A DNA stretch of 64,000 bases, taken from contig OZ245777.1 in assembly GCA_965227775.1 (NCBI GenBank), forward strand, positions 1,600,001 through 1,664,000. The letters run 5' to 3'. This document shows positions 22,171-31,446 of the stretch, piece by piece. The position numbers and the translations under genes were made by a program. The notes under the pieces are model-generated. The model saw nothing but the letters and a program-made list of their open reading frames with translations, was not told where the DNA came from and did not search any database. This DNA is from Phycisphaerales bacterium. Lineage in GTDB: Bacteria; Planctomycetota; Phycisphaerae; Phycisphaerales; UBA1924. How positions within the stretch are numbered: the stretch's first letter is position 1; each line of letters begins with the position of its first letter.

Positions 22171-22761
22171 TTAGGCGGCTGAGTCGCGCTTCTTGAACGC
22201 GGCGCGTGCCGCGGCGTTGCGCTGCAGCTGCTTGTCGGTGCGCACGTTGTGCGGCGACTCGGGCGGCTCGGTCCAGTCTTCGGCCCTGCCCAGGTCGACG
22301 GCGGCCTTCTGCACCTTGCGATAGCCCAGCAGACGGATGATTTCGAGCACGTCGCTCCACGCGGGGAAGGTCACGTCGTTTCCCTTTTTGAACGCATCGA
22401 TGGCCATCAGGAACATGAACTGCTCCTGGGTCATCTCGCCCTCTTCGGCCGAGCGATGAAAATCGCTCAGCCGGCGGCCTCGGCCGCGGCGTCGCTCGAG
22501 CCCGGTCGGCGCAGCGGCACCCGGCATGTTGCGGCGGTCGAGTCCGAGCCGGCGGTCGACAACTTCGGCCCGGCGGGGTTCGGGCGGTGGGGACGCGTCG
22601 TCGCCCGCGACAGCGTCCGAGTCGGCGAGCGGCGCGATCGCCTCGTCGAGCAACGCCGATTCGTCTTCGTTTAGCTCGAGCTCGTGGAGATCGACCTCGA
22701 AGCGATCGGGGCTGCCCGCGCGATCCTTCGGGTTGTTGCGATCGTCGTTGGTGCGTGGCAT
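22171..22761 (-). CDS. Conserved planctomycete-type hypothetical protein
   Basis: Host-like codon usage, DRR/ERR repeats, then 'EMT.EQF.FLMAIDAFK..N..TFP.WSDVLE....LGYRK'. Confidence 0.75.
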   Translation of the reverse strand: MPRTNDDRNNPKDRAGSPDRFEVDLHELELNEDESALLDEAIAPLADSDAVAGDDASPPPEPRRAEVVDRRLGLDRRNMPGAAAPTGLERRRGRGRRLSDFHRSAEEGEMTQEQFMFLMAIDAFKKGNDVTFPAWSDVLEIIRLLGYRKVQKAAVDLGRAEDWTEPPESPHNVRTDKQLQRNAAARAAFKKRDSAA

Positions 22762-22851
22762 GGACGGCGTACTCCCGGCCGTCGGCTCACAGCACGCGGT
22801 CGATACCAAGGCCAGCATCGGCCCGGGATCGGGGCGTGGGTGCCCTAGGCC

Positions 22852-23106
22852 CTAGAGGTCTTCGTCGTCCTCATCGGCATCTTCATCGTCGTCGGCCACC
22901 TCGTCTTCGTCGTCGTCGAGGAAGTCGGCGTCGTAGTCCTCGTCTTCCTCGTCGTCGTCGTAGTCGAGATCGTCAAAGTCGTCCTCGTCCTCATCATCGT
23001 CATACGCGACAACGTCCGAGTTGTCGGGCTGCCAGGGCGAGGGCCCGGGGACCAGGACCGCGGTGGCCCCGGTAACTTCTTCGGCATCGAGCGTGAGCGT
23101 GGGCAT
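22852..23106 (-). CDS. Small, extremely acidic protein
   Basis: 84 aa. The C-terminal half is almost entirely Asp/Glu, interspersed with F/Y/L. Confidence 0.6.
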   Translation of the reverse strand: MPTLTLDAEEVTGATAVLVPGPSPWQPDNSDVVAYDDDEDEDDFDDLDYDDDEEDEDYDADFLDDDEDEVADDDEDADEDDEDL

Positions 23107-23359
23107 GTCTGTTCGTCCGCATGGGTGCGGCGGCGTCTGCCGCACCTGTAGTCCAGGATGGGAGCCGGTTCACCGCGTGCCCTCCGGCGGCAGGCCCGGT
23201 CGACCCTTCCGGTGGACCAGTCCGAGCGAGCGCTAGGAGCGCCGCAAGGCTACACCCCTTCCGGGCCGTGTCAACTGCCCTCCGGCTGCCGCGCGGCCGA
23301 GGCGTCGGGGCTCGTGCGGCGTGCGGAGTGAGGGCACGCCTGGGGCTACCATCGGCCTC

Positions 23360-24004
23360 ATGTCAGAAGCCCCCGAATCGCCCGCACTTTCAGCCGAGAA
23401 GCCCGCTCCGGCGGCCGCGCCCTCGCGGTTCGCGGCCGGGCCGGAGCGGTTCCATCCCGTGGCAGGCGTCGCCGGGCTGCTGCTGCCCGGACTCGGCCAC
23501 GTCGTGCTTGGCCAGCCCCGGCGCGCGTTCGCCGTTGGGTTGGGTGTGCTGGGGCTGTTCTTCGGCGGCCTGCTCGTAGGCGGCATCGACACGATCGATA
23601 GCCGCGAAGACCGCCTGTGGTTCTATGTCCACGCCCTCGTCGGTCCGGTGACTTTTGCCGCCGACTGGGTCAACCAGAACCAGTTCAAGGCGTGGGCGTT
23701 GGACATGACGCCCGCCGGGCGTGCCGAACCGGCATTTCGCTCGGCCTATCCCGGCGAGGTCCGCGTCTCAAACGCCCAGGACGGCCGCATGCCCTACCCG
23801 CAACTGACGCGCACGCCGCAGTGGGGGGACGGCACCGTTTTCCAGGGCTCGCCTGGCGCTGGTAAGTCGGTTGGCAAGGTGAACGAGGTCGCGCTGCTCA
23901 TGGTGGCCCTCGCGGGCATGCTGAATCTGGTGGCGGTGCTCGATGCGCTCTTCAACCGGCGCCGCCGCGAGTCTGAGTTGTACGGCAAGGGGGCCACGTC
24001 GTGA
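23360..24004 (+). CDS. Membrane protein (DUF6677-like)
   Basis: 'LLLPGLGH...G...R' TM2-like start and C-terminal 'AGMLNL.AV.DA'. Confidence 0.75.
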   Translation: MSEAPESPALSAEKPAPAAAPSRFAAGPERFHPVAGVAGLLLPGLGHVVLGQPRRAFAVGLGVLGLFFGGLLVGGIDTIDSREDRLWFYVHALVGPVTFAADWVNQNQFKAWALDMTPAGRAEPAFRSAYPGEVRVSNAQDGRMPYPQLTRTPQWGDGTVFQGSPGAGKSVGKVNEVALLMVALAGMLNLVAVLDALFNRRRRESELYGKGATS

Positions 24005-24270
24005 TGGCGTCGTCGCTCTCACTCGTGCTCGCCTGGCGGCCGTTCGTCGATCCGATGGACGCCCACGCGTGGTGGTTCCTGCTGCTGCTGCCCATCGCGT
24101 TCCTCGTGAGCCTGGCGTGGAAGGCCGTTCGGGTGGATGACGTCATGAAGCTGGCAAGGCCGGTCGTGGTCATGACCGCCCAGGTGATCCTGGCGATGCT
24201 CGGCCTCGGGCTTGCTGCGTTTGTCGGGCTGGTGGTCGTGCTGCCGATGCTCGCGGGTCTGTCGAGATGA
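24004..24270 (+). CDS. Small membrane protein
   Basis: Two hydrophobic helices, 'WRPF.DP', 'LLLPIAF.VS..WKAVR'. Translationally coupled on both sides. Confidence 0.7.
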   Translation: MASSLSLVLAWRPFVDPMDAHAWWFLLLLPIAFLVSLAWKAVRVDDVMKLARPVVVMTAQVILAMLGLGLAAFVGLVVVLPMLAGLSR

Positions 24271-24749
24271 ACGTCCACGACGTGTCTCGGGTTGCGGTCC
24301 TGATGGCCTGCCTTGGTGCGCTCCTCGCGACGAGCGGCTGCATCACGCGTCCGACCGCCCGCGTCGAGGGCGTGAGCGTGCAGGAGACGACCGACGAGGC
24401 GGCCGTTCTCGTGTTCACCGTGGTTGCGACCAACGTCGGCGAGACCGAGCTACCCCTGCGACTGGTCGACTACACGCTGAGCATCGAGGGTGAACGCGTG
24501 TTCCGGGGCCGGCGCAGCGCCGAGGCCACGCTGAGCCGACAGGACCGCCAGTTCGTCGATTTGCCCGTGCCCATCGAGTGGGACGACCTGCCCGTGCGCG
24601 AGGTGCGCTACCGCCTGCGAGGCAGCCTGGGCTACACGCTGCCGGGCATCTTCTGGAATGCCATGTTCGACGCGCGGCTCTACAGGCCCAACGCCCGCTT
24701 CGAGTTTGAGGGCACGCTCGACGCCTCCGCACTCGTGCCGGGTGGCTGA
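24267..24749 (+). CDS. LEA type 2 / WHy-domain lipoprotein
   Basis: TSGC lipobox and a 'V.N.G..ELPL..VDYTL.I.G..V..G' LEA_2 pattern. Confidence 0.75.
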   Translation: MNVHDVSRVAVLMACLGALLATSGCITRPTARVEGVSVQETTDEAAVLVFTVVATNVGETELPLRLVDYTLSIEGERVFRGRRSAEATLSRQDRQFVDLPVPIEWDDLPVREVRYRLRGSLGYTLPGIFWNAMFDARLYRPNARFEFEGTLDASALVPGG

Positions 24750-24752
24750 GCC

Positions 24753-26684
24753 TCACACGAAGTACAGCCCGGCCACGTACTCACGAACCATGCGCTGCGT
24801 CGTGAAGTGCGAGCCGTTGATCGCGATCGAGTGCGCCATGATGTCGGCCCATTGGGTGCGGTTCTCGAACGCCGGCAGGATGACCGTTTCGAGCTTGTCG
24901 TAGACGTCCTGGGCGTGGTTGCGATCTTGTGTATTGGTCGTTGGCGCCTTGCGCTTGCGGCCCGGGCCAAAGTCGTCCTTGCCGATCGCCCAGCCGGTCA
25001 GGCCCTCGATGCAGCCCTCCAGCCACCAGCCGTCGAGCGTGCTGAGGTTCGGCACGCCGTTGATGGCGGCCTTCATGCCGCTGGTGCCGCTGGCCTCGAG
25101 CGGCGGTCGTGGCGTGTTGAGCCAGATGTCGCTGCCGGCAGTCATGAGGCCGCAAAGGTCCATGTTGTAGTTGGGCAGGTAGACCACGCGGGCGTGCTTG
25201 AGTCGCTTCGCCTTACGCAGCGTGTCGACGATCATGGCTTGGCCGGGCTCGTCCTTGGGGTGGGCCTTGCCCGCCAGCACGACCTGGATGCCGTCGTGCT
25301 TCTCGGCGATCTCGTCGAACTTCTTGGGGTTGCGCAGCAGCAGGGTCAGCCGCTTGTACGCGGTCGCGCGGCGGCCGAAGCCGATGGTGAAGGTATCGAG
25401 GTCGAAGTCGGCATCGGTGAGCTCGTTTACACGATCGATGAGCGCAACCTTCGCGCGAAGGTGGGCCTTGAGAAGGGCCTTGCGATCCAGATCGATGGCA
25501 AAGCGCAGCTCGCTGTTGTCCTCTCGCCAGCCGGGCATGTGCTTGTCAAACAGCTTCGCCATGTCGCCGCACACCCAGGTTCGCGCGTGGATGCCGTTGG
25601 TCACCGACAGGATGTCGTCGCGCCCGAACATCTTGCGAGAGACCTCGGCGTGTCGCCGAGCGACGGCGTTGATGCGTCCACTGCCCCAGAAGCCCGTGAG
25701 GGTCATGTTCAGCGTGCCCTCCGGCGGCGGTGGGGGCTCGGCGACCGCAGTGCCGCCACCGCCGTAGCGGCGACTGGCTCGCTCGGTCATGGGCACGCCC
25801 GCGGGCAGTGCGTATGACGGCACCGGAGCATCACTGGAAGCGACAGCCTGGGCAACCGGCTGCGGTGGGCCCTGCGCCGCATTGGGGTTGGCGTCCATCG
25901 GCGCTTCGTGCATCGCACCCTGCGGCTCGGGGTGCAGCAGCGCGACGATTTCCGGGTCGAGGATGCTGTGCACCATCTCCATCGGGAAGCGATCGTGGCC
26001 GGCGGGCACGGGCGTGTGCGTGGTGAACACGCACTTCTCCTGCACCTCGGCGAGCACGCTCGCGTCGTTGGGCTTGCGGTGCGTGTGCCGCGAGATGTGG
26101 CGAACGAGCTCGGGGACGAGCAGGCTCGCGTGGCCCTCGTTCATGTGGTAGACCTTCAGACTCCGGCAACCCAGCGACTCGAGCATGCGAACGCCGCCGA
26201 CGCCCAGGATGGCTTCCTGACGCAGGCGCAGCTCGTCGTCACCGCCGTACAGGCGGTTGGTGATCTCGCGGTGGTCTTTGCGGTTCTGGGGCAGATCCGT
26301 GTCGAGGAAGATGACCGGCGTCTCGTACCCGTGGTACTTGTCGCGGATGGTTGTCTTCCACGCGCCGACGCGCACCGTGCGACCGTCGAGCTTCACGCTG
26401 ATCTCGTTGCGCAGCCGCTCCATGTGCTTTTCGGGCTTCCACGAGATGGGCTCGTCGTGCTGCGTGCCGTCCTTGTCGAGCGTCTGCTTGAAGTAGCCGC
26501 CGCGGTGCAGCAGCGAGACGGCGACCATGGGCACCTTCAGGTTGCACGCCGATCGCACGGTGTCGCCCGCCAGCACGCCAAGCCCGCCTGAGTATGTCGG
26601 GATCTTGTCGTTGATGGCGATCTCCATCGTGAAGTAGGCCACGCTGGGATCGATGCCGAGGTGCGGGTTCTGGCTGGCGGGCAT
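24753..26684 (-). CDS. glgP: Alpha-glucan phosphorylase (short GT35 type)
   Basis: 'YSGGLGVLAGD', 'HMNEGH', 'FTTHTPVPAGHD', 'RRATAYKR', and the PLP motif 'EASGTSGMK'. Confidence 0.95.
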   Translation of the reverse strand: MPASQNPHLGIDPSVAYFTMEIAINDKIPTYSGGLGVLAGDTVRSACNLKVPMVAVSLLHRGGYFKQTLDKDGTQHDEPISWKPEKHMERLRNEISVKLDGRTVRVGAWKTTIRDKYHGYETPVIFLDTDLPQNRKDHREITNRLYGGDDELRLRQEAILGVGGVRMLESLGCRSLKVYHMNEGHASLLVPELVRHISRHTHRKPNDASVLAEVQEKCVFTTHTPVPAGHDRFPMEMVHSILDPEIVALLHPEPQGAMHEAPMDANPNAAQGPPQPVAQAVASSDAPVPSYALPAGVPMTERASRRYGGGGTAVAEPPPPPEGTLNMTLTGFWGSGRINAVARRHAEVSRKMFGRDDILSVTNGIHARTWVCGDMAKLFDKHMPGWREDNSELRFAIDLDRKALLKAHLRAKVALIDRVNELTDADFDLDTFTIGFGRRATAYKRLTLLLRNPKKFDEIAEKHDGIQVVLAGKAHPKDEPGQAMIVDTLRKAKRLKHARVVYLPNYNMDLCGLMTAGSDIWLNTPRPPLEASGTSGMKAAINGVPNLSTLDGWWLEGCIEGLTGWAIGKDDFGPGRKRKAPTTNTQDRNHAQDVYDKLETVILPAFENRTQWADIMAHSIAINGSHFTTQRMVREYVAGLYFV

Positions 26685-26740
26685 GGGGCGAGTCCTTCCG
26701 ATAAGCGATGCCTGGCGACGCGTGCGAGAGGGGGCCGGGT

Positions 26741-28621
26741 CTACCCAACTTCGGCAGGTTTCGGGCCGCGATGCAACGCAAGATCGTGGGCCTGGGCGTA
26801 CGCCTCGCCCATCTCCATCCAATCGAACAGCCAGGAGCGTTGCTCGGCCGAGTTTCGCACGCGGATGCGTTCTCGCTGTGTGAGCTCGCAGAACTCCAGC
26901 ATCCGACGCGCGAGCGCTTCCACGGCCTGCTCGGTCGTCTTGTGCCGACGCTGGAGCACCCACGGTGCCCAGCCGGCGGGCTGCGCGTGCCGCTCGGTCA
27001 CGAAGTCACCAAAGCCCGACATGTCGGTCGTGATGGCCGGCACGCCCAGCGCCAGGCACTCCAGCGGCGTGTAGCCCCAGGGCTCGTAGGTGCTGGGGAA
27101 CACGCCCAAGTGACAGCCGCGCACGAACTGGTCGTACTCCATGCCCCAGAGCGGGTTGGTCGGGCTGATGAACTGCGGGTGGTAGACGATCTTGACGCGG
27201 TCCTCGGGATCGTTGCGAAGGCCCGCGACGGCGATCTCGCTGAGCACCTCGTCGCGCGGGTCGCCCTCGAGCGTGTGGGTGATGACGCTGGGCCAGCCCC
27301 GCGTGCGGAAGGCCGCCTGCGTGCGCTTCAGCCGGAGCATCCAGTACTCCTCGGCCATCGAGTCGAGCGAGACGCGTCCCTCGCTGGCGGCCGTGCGGAA
27401 CAGCCGCTCGCGCAGATCGTCGGCGATGTGCTCGCACACGTCCTCGAGTTCGTCGAGCACGGCCCGGTTCTGCAGCACGACGGGATCGATCGAACGCACG
27501 TCGCGGCGCGTCACGATGAACGACACCACCGTGTGCGGGTTGTCGGTCTCGCGCAAGAGCTGGTTGAGCCGTGCGTTGGCGCGGATGAACAGGTCGAAGC
27601 CCTTGTTCCGGGGCTCGTATCGCCCGCTCGTGAAGAAGTAGAGTGTGTTGTCCAGGTCGATCGGCCGCGTGGGGAAGAAGTGGCCCATCGTGAAGTGGTG
27701 GACCTTGTCCTTGAACACCGCGTGGAGCGTCTGGAATTCGTGGCCCACGCTCAGGCGCCCGATGTCCAGCCCGTTGGGCAGGATGGCGTCGGGCTTGCGC
27801 CCCAGCAGGTGCTCGCACTCGACGCCCGTCAGTGGGCTGATGGTCGTCATCACATCGCAATCGCGTGCGGCCAGCCGCTCGTAGTCGTGTCGGGATCGGA
27901 TGCCGAATCGGTCGGCTTCGGCGGCGTGGTCGAGCCCCTCGACGGTCTCGGGCGGGTCATCGCTGCTGGCCAGGTACCGGCCAAGCAGGGTGGCGTGCGT
28001 CGTGAAGACCGTCGAGACCGGCTGCTCCTCGCGCTTCATGAGCGGGATGGCAAGGCCGCCCATCCACTCGTGGAAGTGGGCCATTACGCGTCGCGGGTTC
28101 CGTCGTGCCGGTCGCTGGTCTCGCCAGGCGTGGTCGACGGCGCGCATGAAGTGGCGCGTGACGTCGGCGAAGGCGATCACGCCGTCCACCATCTCGTCGC
28201 CGCTGGGAGAGCTCACCTTGTCGTGCTGCCAGAGGTAGAACTTCTCGCTATTGATGCGTTCCGCCGGCAGGTCGTGATCGAGCAAGACGACCCGGGGCCG
28301 GCCCGGAACCAGCCAGCGACCGGTGTGGCAGGCGATGCCGATGTCGTCCATCGCCGCGACGGCGCGTGCCAGCCAGCCCGTCGGCCGCCGCGGCTCCATT
28401 TCAAGCGCCGCCTGATCGGGCACGTACGGGCCCACCATCAGGTAGCGGTCGTCCCAATGGTCAACCATGGTGGCGGCTTTCGACCGCAGTACCTGGTAGA
28501 TGCCGCCGATGGGGTTGCAGACCTCGTATCCGACCTCAATGAGCAGCACGCCGGGCGACCCACGTCCCCCGGGGAGCGTGGCGTGCCGTTCTGGTTCGTG
28601 TTCCGCTCTGCTGAGGGCCAC
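26741..28621 (-). CDS. Glycogen synthase, GT3 (fungal/animal-type) family
   Basis: 'EVCNPIGGIYQVLRSKA', 'HFHEWM.G', 'FTTHATLLGR', 'SGRYE..NKGFD', 'FPSTYEPWGYTPLEC'. Start is approximate. Confidence 0.92.
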   Translation of the reverse strand: MALSRAEHEPERHATLPGGRGSPGVLLIEVGYEVCNPIGGIYQVLRSKAATMVDHWDDRYLMVGPYVPDQAALEMEPRRPTGWLARAVAAMDDIGIACHTGRWLVPGRPRVVLLDHDLPAERINSEKFYLWQHDKVSSPSGDEMVDGVIAFADVTRHFMRAVDHAWRDQRPARRNPRRVMAHFHEWMGGLAIPLMKREEQPVSTVFTTHATLLGRYLASSDDPPETVEGLDHAAEADRFGIRSRHDYERLAARDCDVMTTISPLTGVECEHLLGRKPDAILPNGLDIGRLSVGHEFQTLHAVFKDKVHHFTMGHFFPTRPIDLDNTLYFFTSGRYEPRNKGFDLFIRANARLNQLLRETDNPHTVVSFIVTRRDVRSIDPVVLQNRAVLDELEDVCEHIADDLRERLFRTAASEGRVSLDSMAEEYWMLRLKRTQAAFRTRGWPSVITHTLEGDPRDEVLSEIAVAGLRNDPEDRVKIVYHPQFISPTNPLWGMEYDQFVRGCHLGVFPSTYEPWGYTPLECLALGVPAITTDMSGFGDFVTERHAQPAGWAPWVLQRRHKTTEQAVEALARRMLEFCELTQRERIRVRNSAEQRSWLFDWMEMGEAYAQAHDLALHRGPKPAEVG

Positions 28622-28960
28622 GTCGCTCTCCGAGGAAGGTGCGTTGCCGCGTCCGGGCTGCGCAATCCTTGCGCGGCTCGGGGTCAGTGTCGTGTCTTCT
28701 GCTCCGTATTCGGGTGGGAGCGTCTTACCACTATCGGTCCCGTTCTCGGTCCGCGTGAGCCAGAACGAGCGCGCTGATGGCGTGAAACGCGCATGCTCGC
28801 GTGTTGTTCGTTCGGGTTTGGTGAAATCGCCCGCCTACTGCGTCCAAAGTCGTATCTTTTGCTGGTCGATATTCCGAGCGAACCGTACGATTCACTGGAG
28901 AGGGTGGACCGTTGCGGCGGCTCTCGGCGAGTGTCCCCGCCGCCTGGATGGAGGTCGGCC

Positions 28961-29389
28961 GTGATCGGCTCGAACAGCACAGCGCTCCGTCAGCACGCCT
29001 ACTCGGTGTTTACGGCATCTCGTCGGGAGCGAGCGGCCCAGAGCGAGGCGCCCGATTCGGTGCGCCGGCTTCCCGTTCCTGATGCGCCCCGGCTTGAGCG
29101 AGCTCTGCCGCCGAGGGTGGTCGAGCCCAAGGCCCCGAGCGTGGACCAGACGCCCGTTGCTAACCGCCCGTCCGGTGCCGTTCGAGAGTCGCTGCTGCAG
29201 CACGCCGCCCCGACCGCGAATCGCTCGCTTGCCAGTCGGCCCAAGTCGGTCGCAGCCGAGCCCACCCAAGACGAGATCCGCCGTCGTGCGTACGAGATCT
29301 TCGAGGCGCGCGGCTCGACCCCTGGCAACGACGTAGCCGACTGGCTCCGGGCGGAGGCCGAACTGCGGCGCGAGCGCGGCCTGACCTGA
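28961..29389 (+). CDS. DUF2934-domain protein
   Basis: C-terminal 'IRRRAYEIFEARG...G.D..DWLRAE.EL'. GGAGG before the GTG start. Confidence 0.75.
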   Translation: MIGSNSTALRQHAYSVFTASRRERAAQSEAPDSVRRLPVPDAPRLERALPPRVVEPKAPSVDQTPVANRPSGAVRESLLQHAAPTANRSLASRPKSVAAEPTQDEIRRRAYEIFEARGSTPGNDVADWLRAEAELRRERGLT

Positions 29390-29493
29390 CACGCCGTGGC
29401 GCGGGGATCCCGCGATGCGATGAGGCTGGATCATGCTTGGTTTTCGGTCGATCTGTGCTAGGGCGGCGTGCCGGCCGCTCGGAGAGCCCAGAC

Positions 29494-31446
29494 GTGACCA
29501 ACCATGCCCTCATGATGCCGCCCGACGCACGCGCAATGGGCCGACCCTTCGACCTCGGCTGGATCTCCGCCGACGACCAGTACTGGTTCAACGAGGGCAC
29601 GCATGCGCACCTGTTTGAGAAGCTCGGCGCCCACCCACTCCCGGGCGGCCAGGGCGTGCGATTCGGCGTGTGGGCACCCAACGCCCGGGCCGTGTCGGTG
29701 GTGGGGGATTGGAACTACTGGTCGGCCGGCGCGGATCCGCTGACGCCGGTGGGTAGCAGCGGCCTGTGGGTGGGCATCGCCGCGAACGCGCGAGAAGGTG
29801 CGCACTACAAGTACATCATCGATTCCCACGCCGGCGGGCGGCGCCTCGAGAAGACCGATCCCTTCGGCTTCCGCCAGGAGCAACCGCCGCGGACCGCCTC
29901 CATCGTGCACGGGCTCGACTATCAGTGGAACGATGAGGCCTGGATGCGCACGCGCGGCGAGCGACATCGCGTCGATCGGCCCATGAGCATCTACGAGCTG
30001 CACCTTGGATCGTGGCGACGCGTACCCGAAGACAACAACCGGAGCTTGAACTATCGAGAGCTTGCTCCGCAGCTCGCCGAGTACTGCAACCGCCTCGGGT
30101 TCACGCACGTCGAGCTCATGCCCGTGATGGAGCACCCGCTGTACAAGAGCTGGGGCTACCAGACGGTCGGCTACTTCGCACCCACGAGCCGTTATGGCAC
30201 ACCGCAGGACTTCATGTTCCTGATCGACACGCTGCACCAGGCGGGCATCGGCGTGATCCTCGACTGGGTGCCGAGCCACTTCCCCGCTGATGCGCACGGG
30301 CTGGCGCTCTTCGACGGCACGCACCTGTTCGAGCACGAGGACCCGCGCGAGGGCTTCCACCCCGACTGGAAGTCCATGATCTTCAACTACGGGCGGCACG
30401 AGGTCCGCAGCTTCCTCATTTCGAGCGCGATGTTCTGGCTCGACAAGTACCACGTCGACGGCATTCGTGTCGATGCCGTCGCTTCGATGCTCTACCGCGA
30501 CTACTCGCGTGAAGAGGGCGAGTGGATTCCCAACATCTACGGCGGGCGCGAGAACCTCGAGGCCATCGACTTCCTGCGACAGCTCAACACCACGCTGTAC
30601 GGTGCGCACCCGGACATCGTCACATTCGCTGAAGAGTCGACCGCCTGGCCCGGCGTGTCCCGCCCTGCGCATCTGGGCGGCTTGGGCTTTGGGTACAAGT
30701 GGGACATGGGCTGGATGCACGACATCTTGCGGTACCTTGGGCACGAACCCATCCACCGCAAGTACCACCACAACGAGATCAGCTTCCGTGCCGTCTACCA
30801 ATTCAGCGAGAACTACGTCATGCCCCTCAGCCACGACGAGGTGGTGCACGGCAAGGGCTCGCTGCTCGACCGCATGCCGGGAGATGAGTGGCAGCGGCTC
30901 GCCAACATGCGGCTGCTCTACGGCTTGCAATGGACCCAGCCGGGCAAGAAGCTGCTCTTCATGGGCGGCGAGCTGGCCCAGGTGCCCGAGTGGGATCACG
31001 ACAGCAGCATCGAGTGGCACCTGGAGGGTGTGCCGCACCATGCCGGTATTGCGGCTCTGGTTGGGACCCTGAACGATCTGTACAAGCGCGAGCCCGCGTT
31101 GCACCAGCGAGACTGCGACTCCCGCGGGTTCGAGTGGATCGATTGCACCGACAGCCAAGACACGGTCATCTCGTTCCTGCGCCGCGGCGTGAATCCGCGC
31201 GACACCGTACTTGTCGTCGCCAACTTCACACCCGTCGTCCGCTACGGCTACACGCTGGGCGTTCCCTTTGGCGGCAAGTGGAGCGAGGCGCTTAACACCG
31301 ACGCAGAGTGCTTCGGCGGCTCGGGCGTTGGCAACCTCGGCGGCGTGGAGGCCGTTCACTCGCCGTCGCACGGGCGGCCGTACCGAGTCGATCTCACGCT
31401 TCCGCCGCTCGCGGTCGTCGTGCTGCGGTGCGAGCCGGGCGAATGA
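29494..31446 (+). CDS. glgB: 1,4-alpha-glucan branching enzyme (GH13)
   Basis: 'WAPNA', 'YELHLGSW', 'DWVPSHF', 'RVDAVASM', 'AEEST', 'SHDEVVHGK'. Start is approximate. Confidence 0.96.
   Translation: MTNHALMMPPDARAMGRPFDLGWISADDQYWFNEGTHAHLFEKLGAHPLPGGQGVRFGVWAPNARAVSVVGDWNYWSAGADPLTPVGSSGLWVGIAANAREGAHYKYIIDSHAGGRRLEKTDPFGFRQEQPPRTASIVHGLDYQWNDEAWMRTRGERHRVDRPMSIYELHLGSWRRVPEDNNRSLNYRELAPQLAEYCNRLGFTHVELMPVMEHPLYKSWGYQTVGYFAPTSRYGTPQDFMFLIDTLHQAGIGVILDWVPSHFPADAHGLALFDGTHLFEHEDPREGFHPDWKSMIFNYGRHEVRSFLISSAMFWLDKYHVDGIRVDAVASMLYRDYSREEGEWIPNIYGGRENLEAIDFLRQLNTTLYGAHPDIVTFAEESTAWPGVSRPAHLGGLGFGYKWDMGWMHDILRYLGHEPIHRKYHHNEISFRAVYQFSENYVMPLSHDEVVHGKGSLLDRMPGDEWQRLANMRLLYGLQWTQPGKKLLFMGGELAQVPEWDHDSSIEWHLEGVPHHAGIAALVGTLNDLYKREPALHQRDCDSRGFEWIDCTDSQDTVISFLRRGVNPRDTVLVVANFTPVVRYGYTLGVPFGGKWSEALNTDAECFGGSGVGNLGGVEAVHSPSHGRPYRVDLTLPPLAVVVLRCEPGE

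Noticed and set aside
22856..23005. Repetitive (TCG/TCN)n tract as a possible CRISPR or satellite
   Set aside because: It is explained by Asp/Glu codons of the acidic protein, with no repeat-spacer structure.
28777..28792. Possible sigma54 site TGGCGTGAAACGCGCA in the glycogen divergent region
   Set aside because: GG-N10-GC spacing is present, but the conserved TT before GC is missing. Too weak in a high-GC background.
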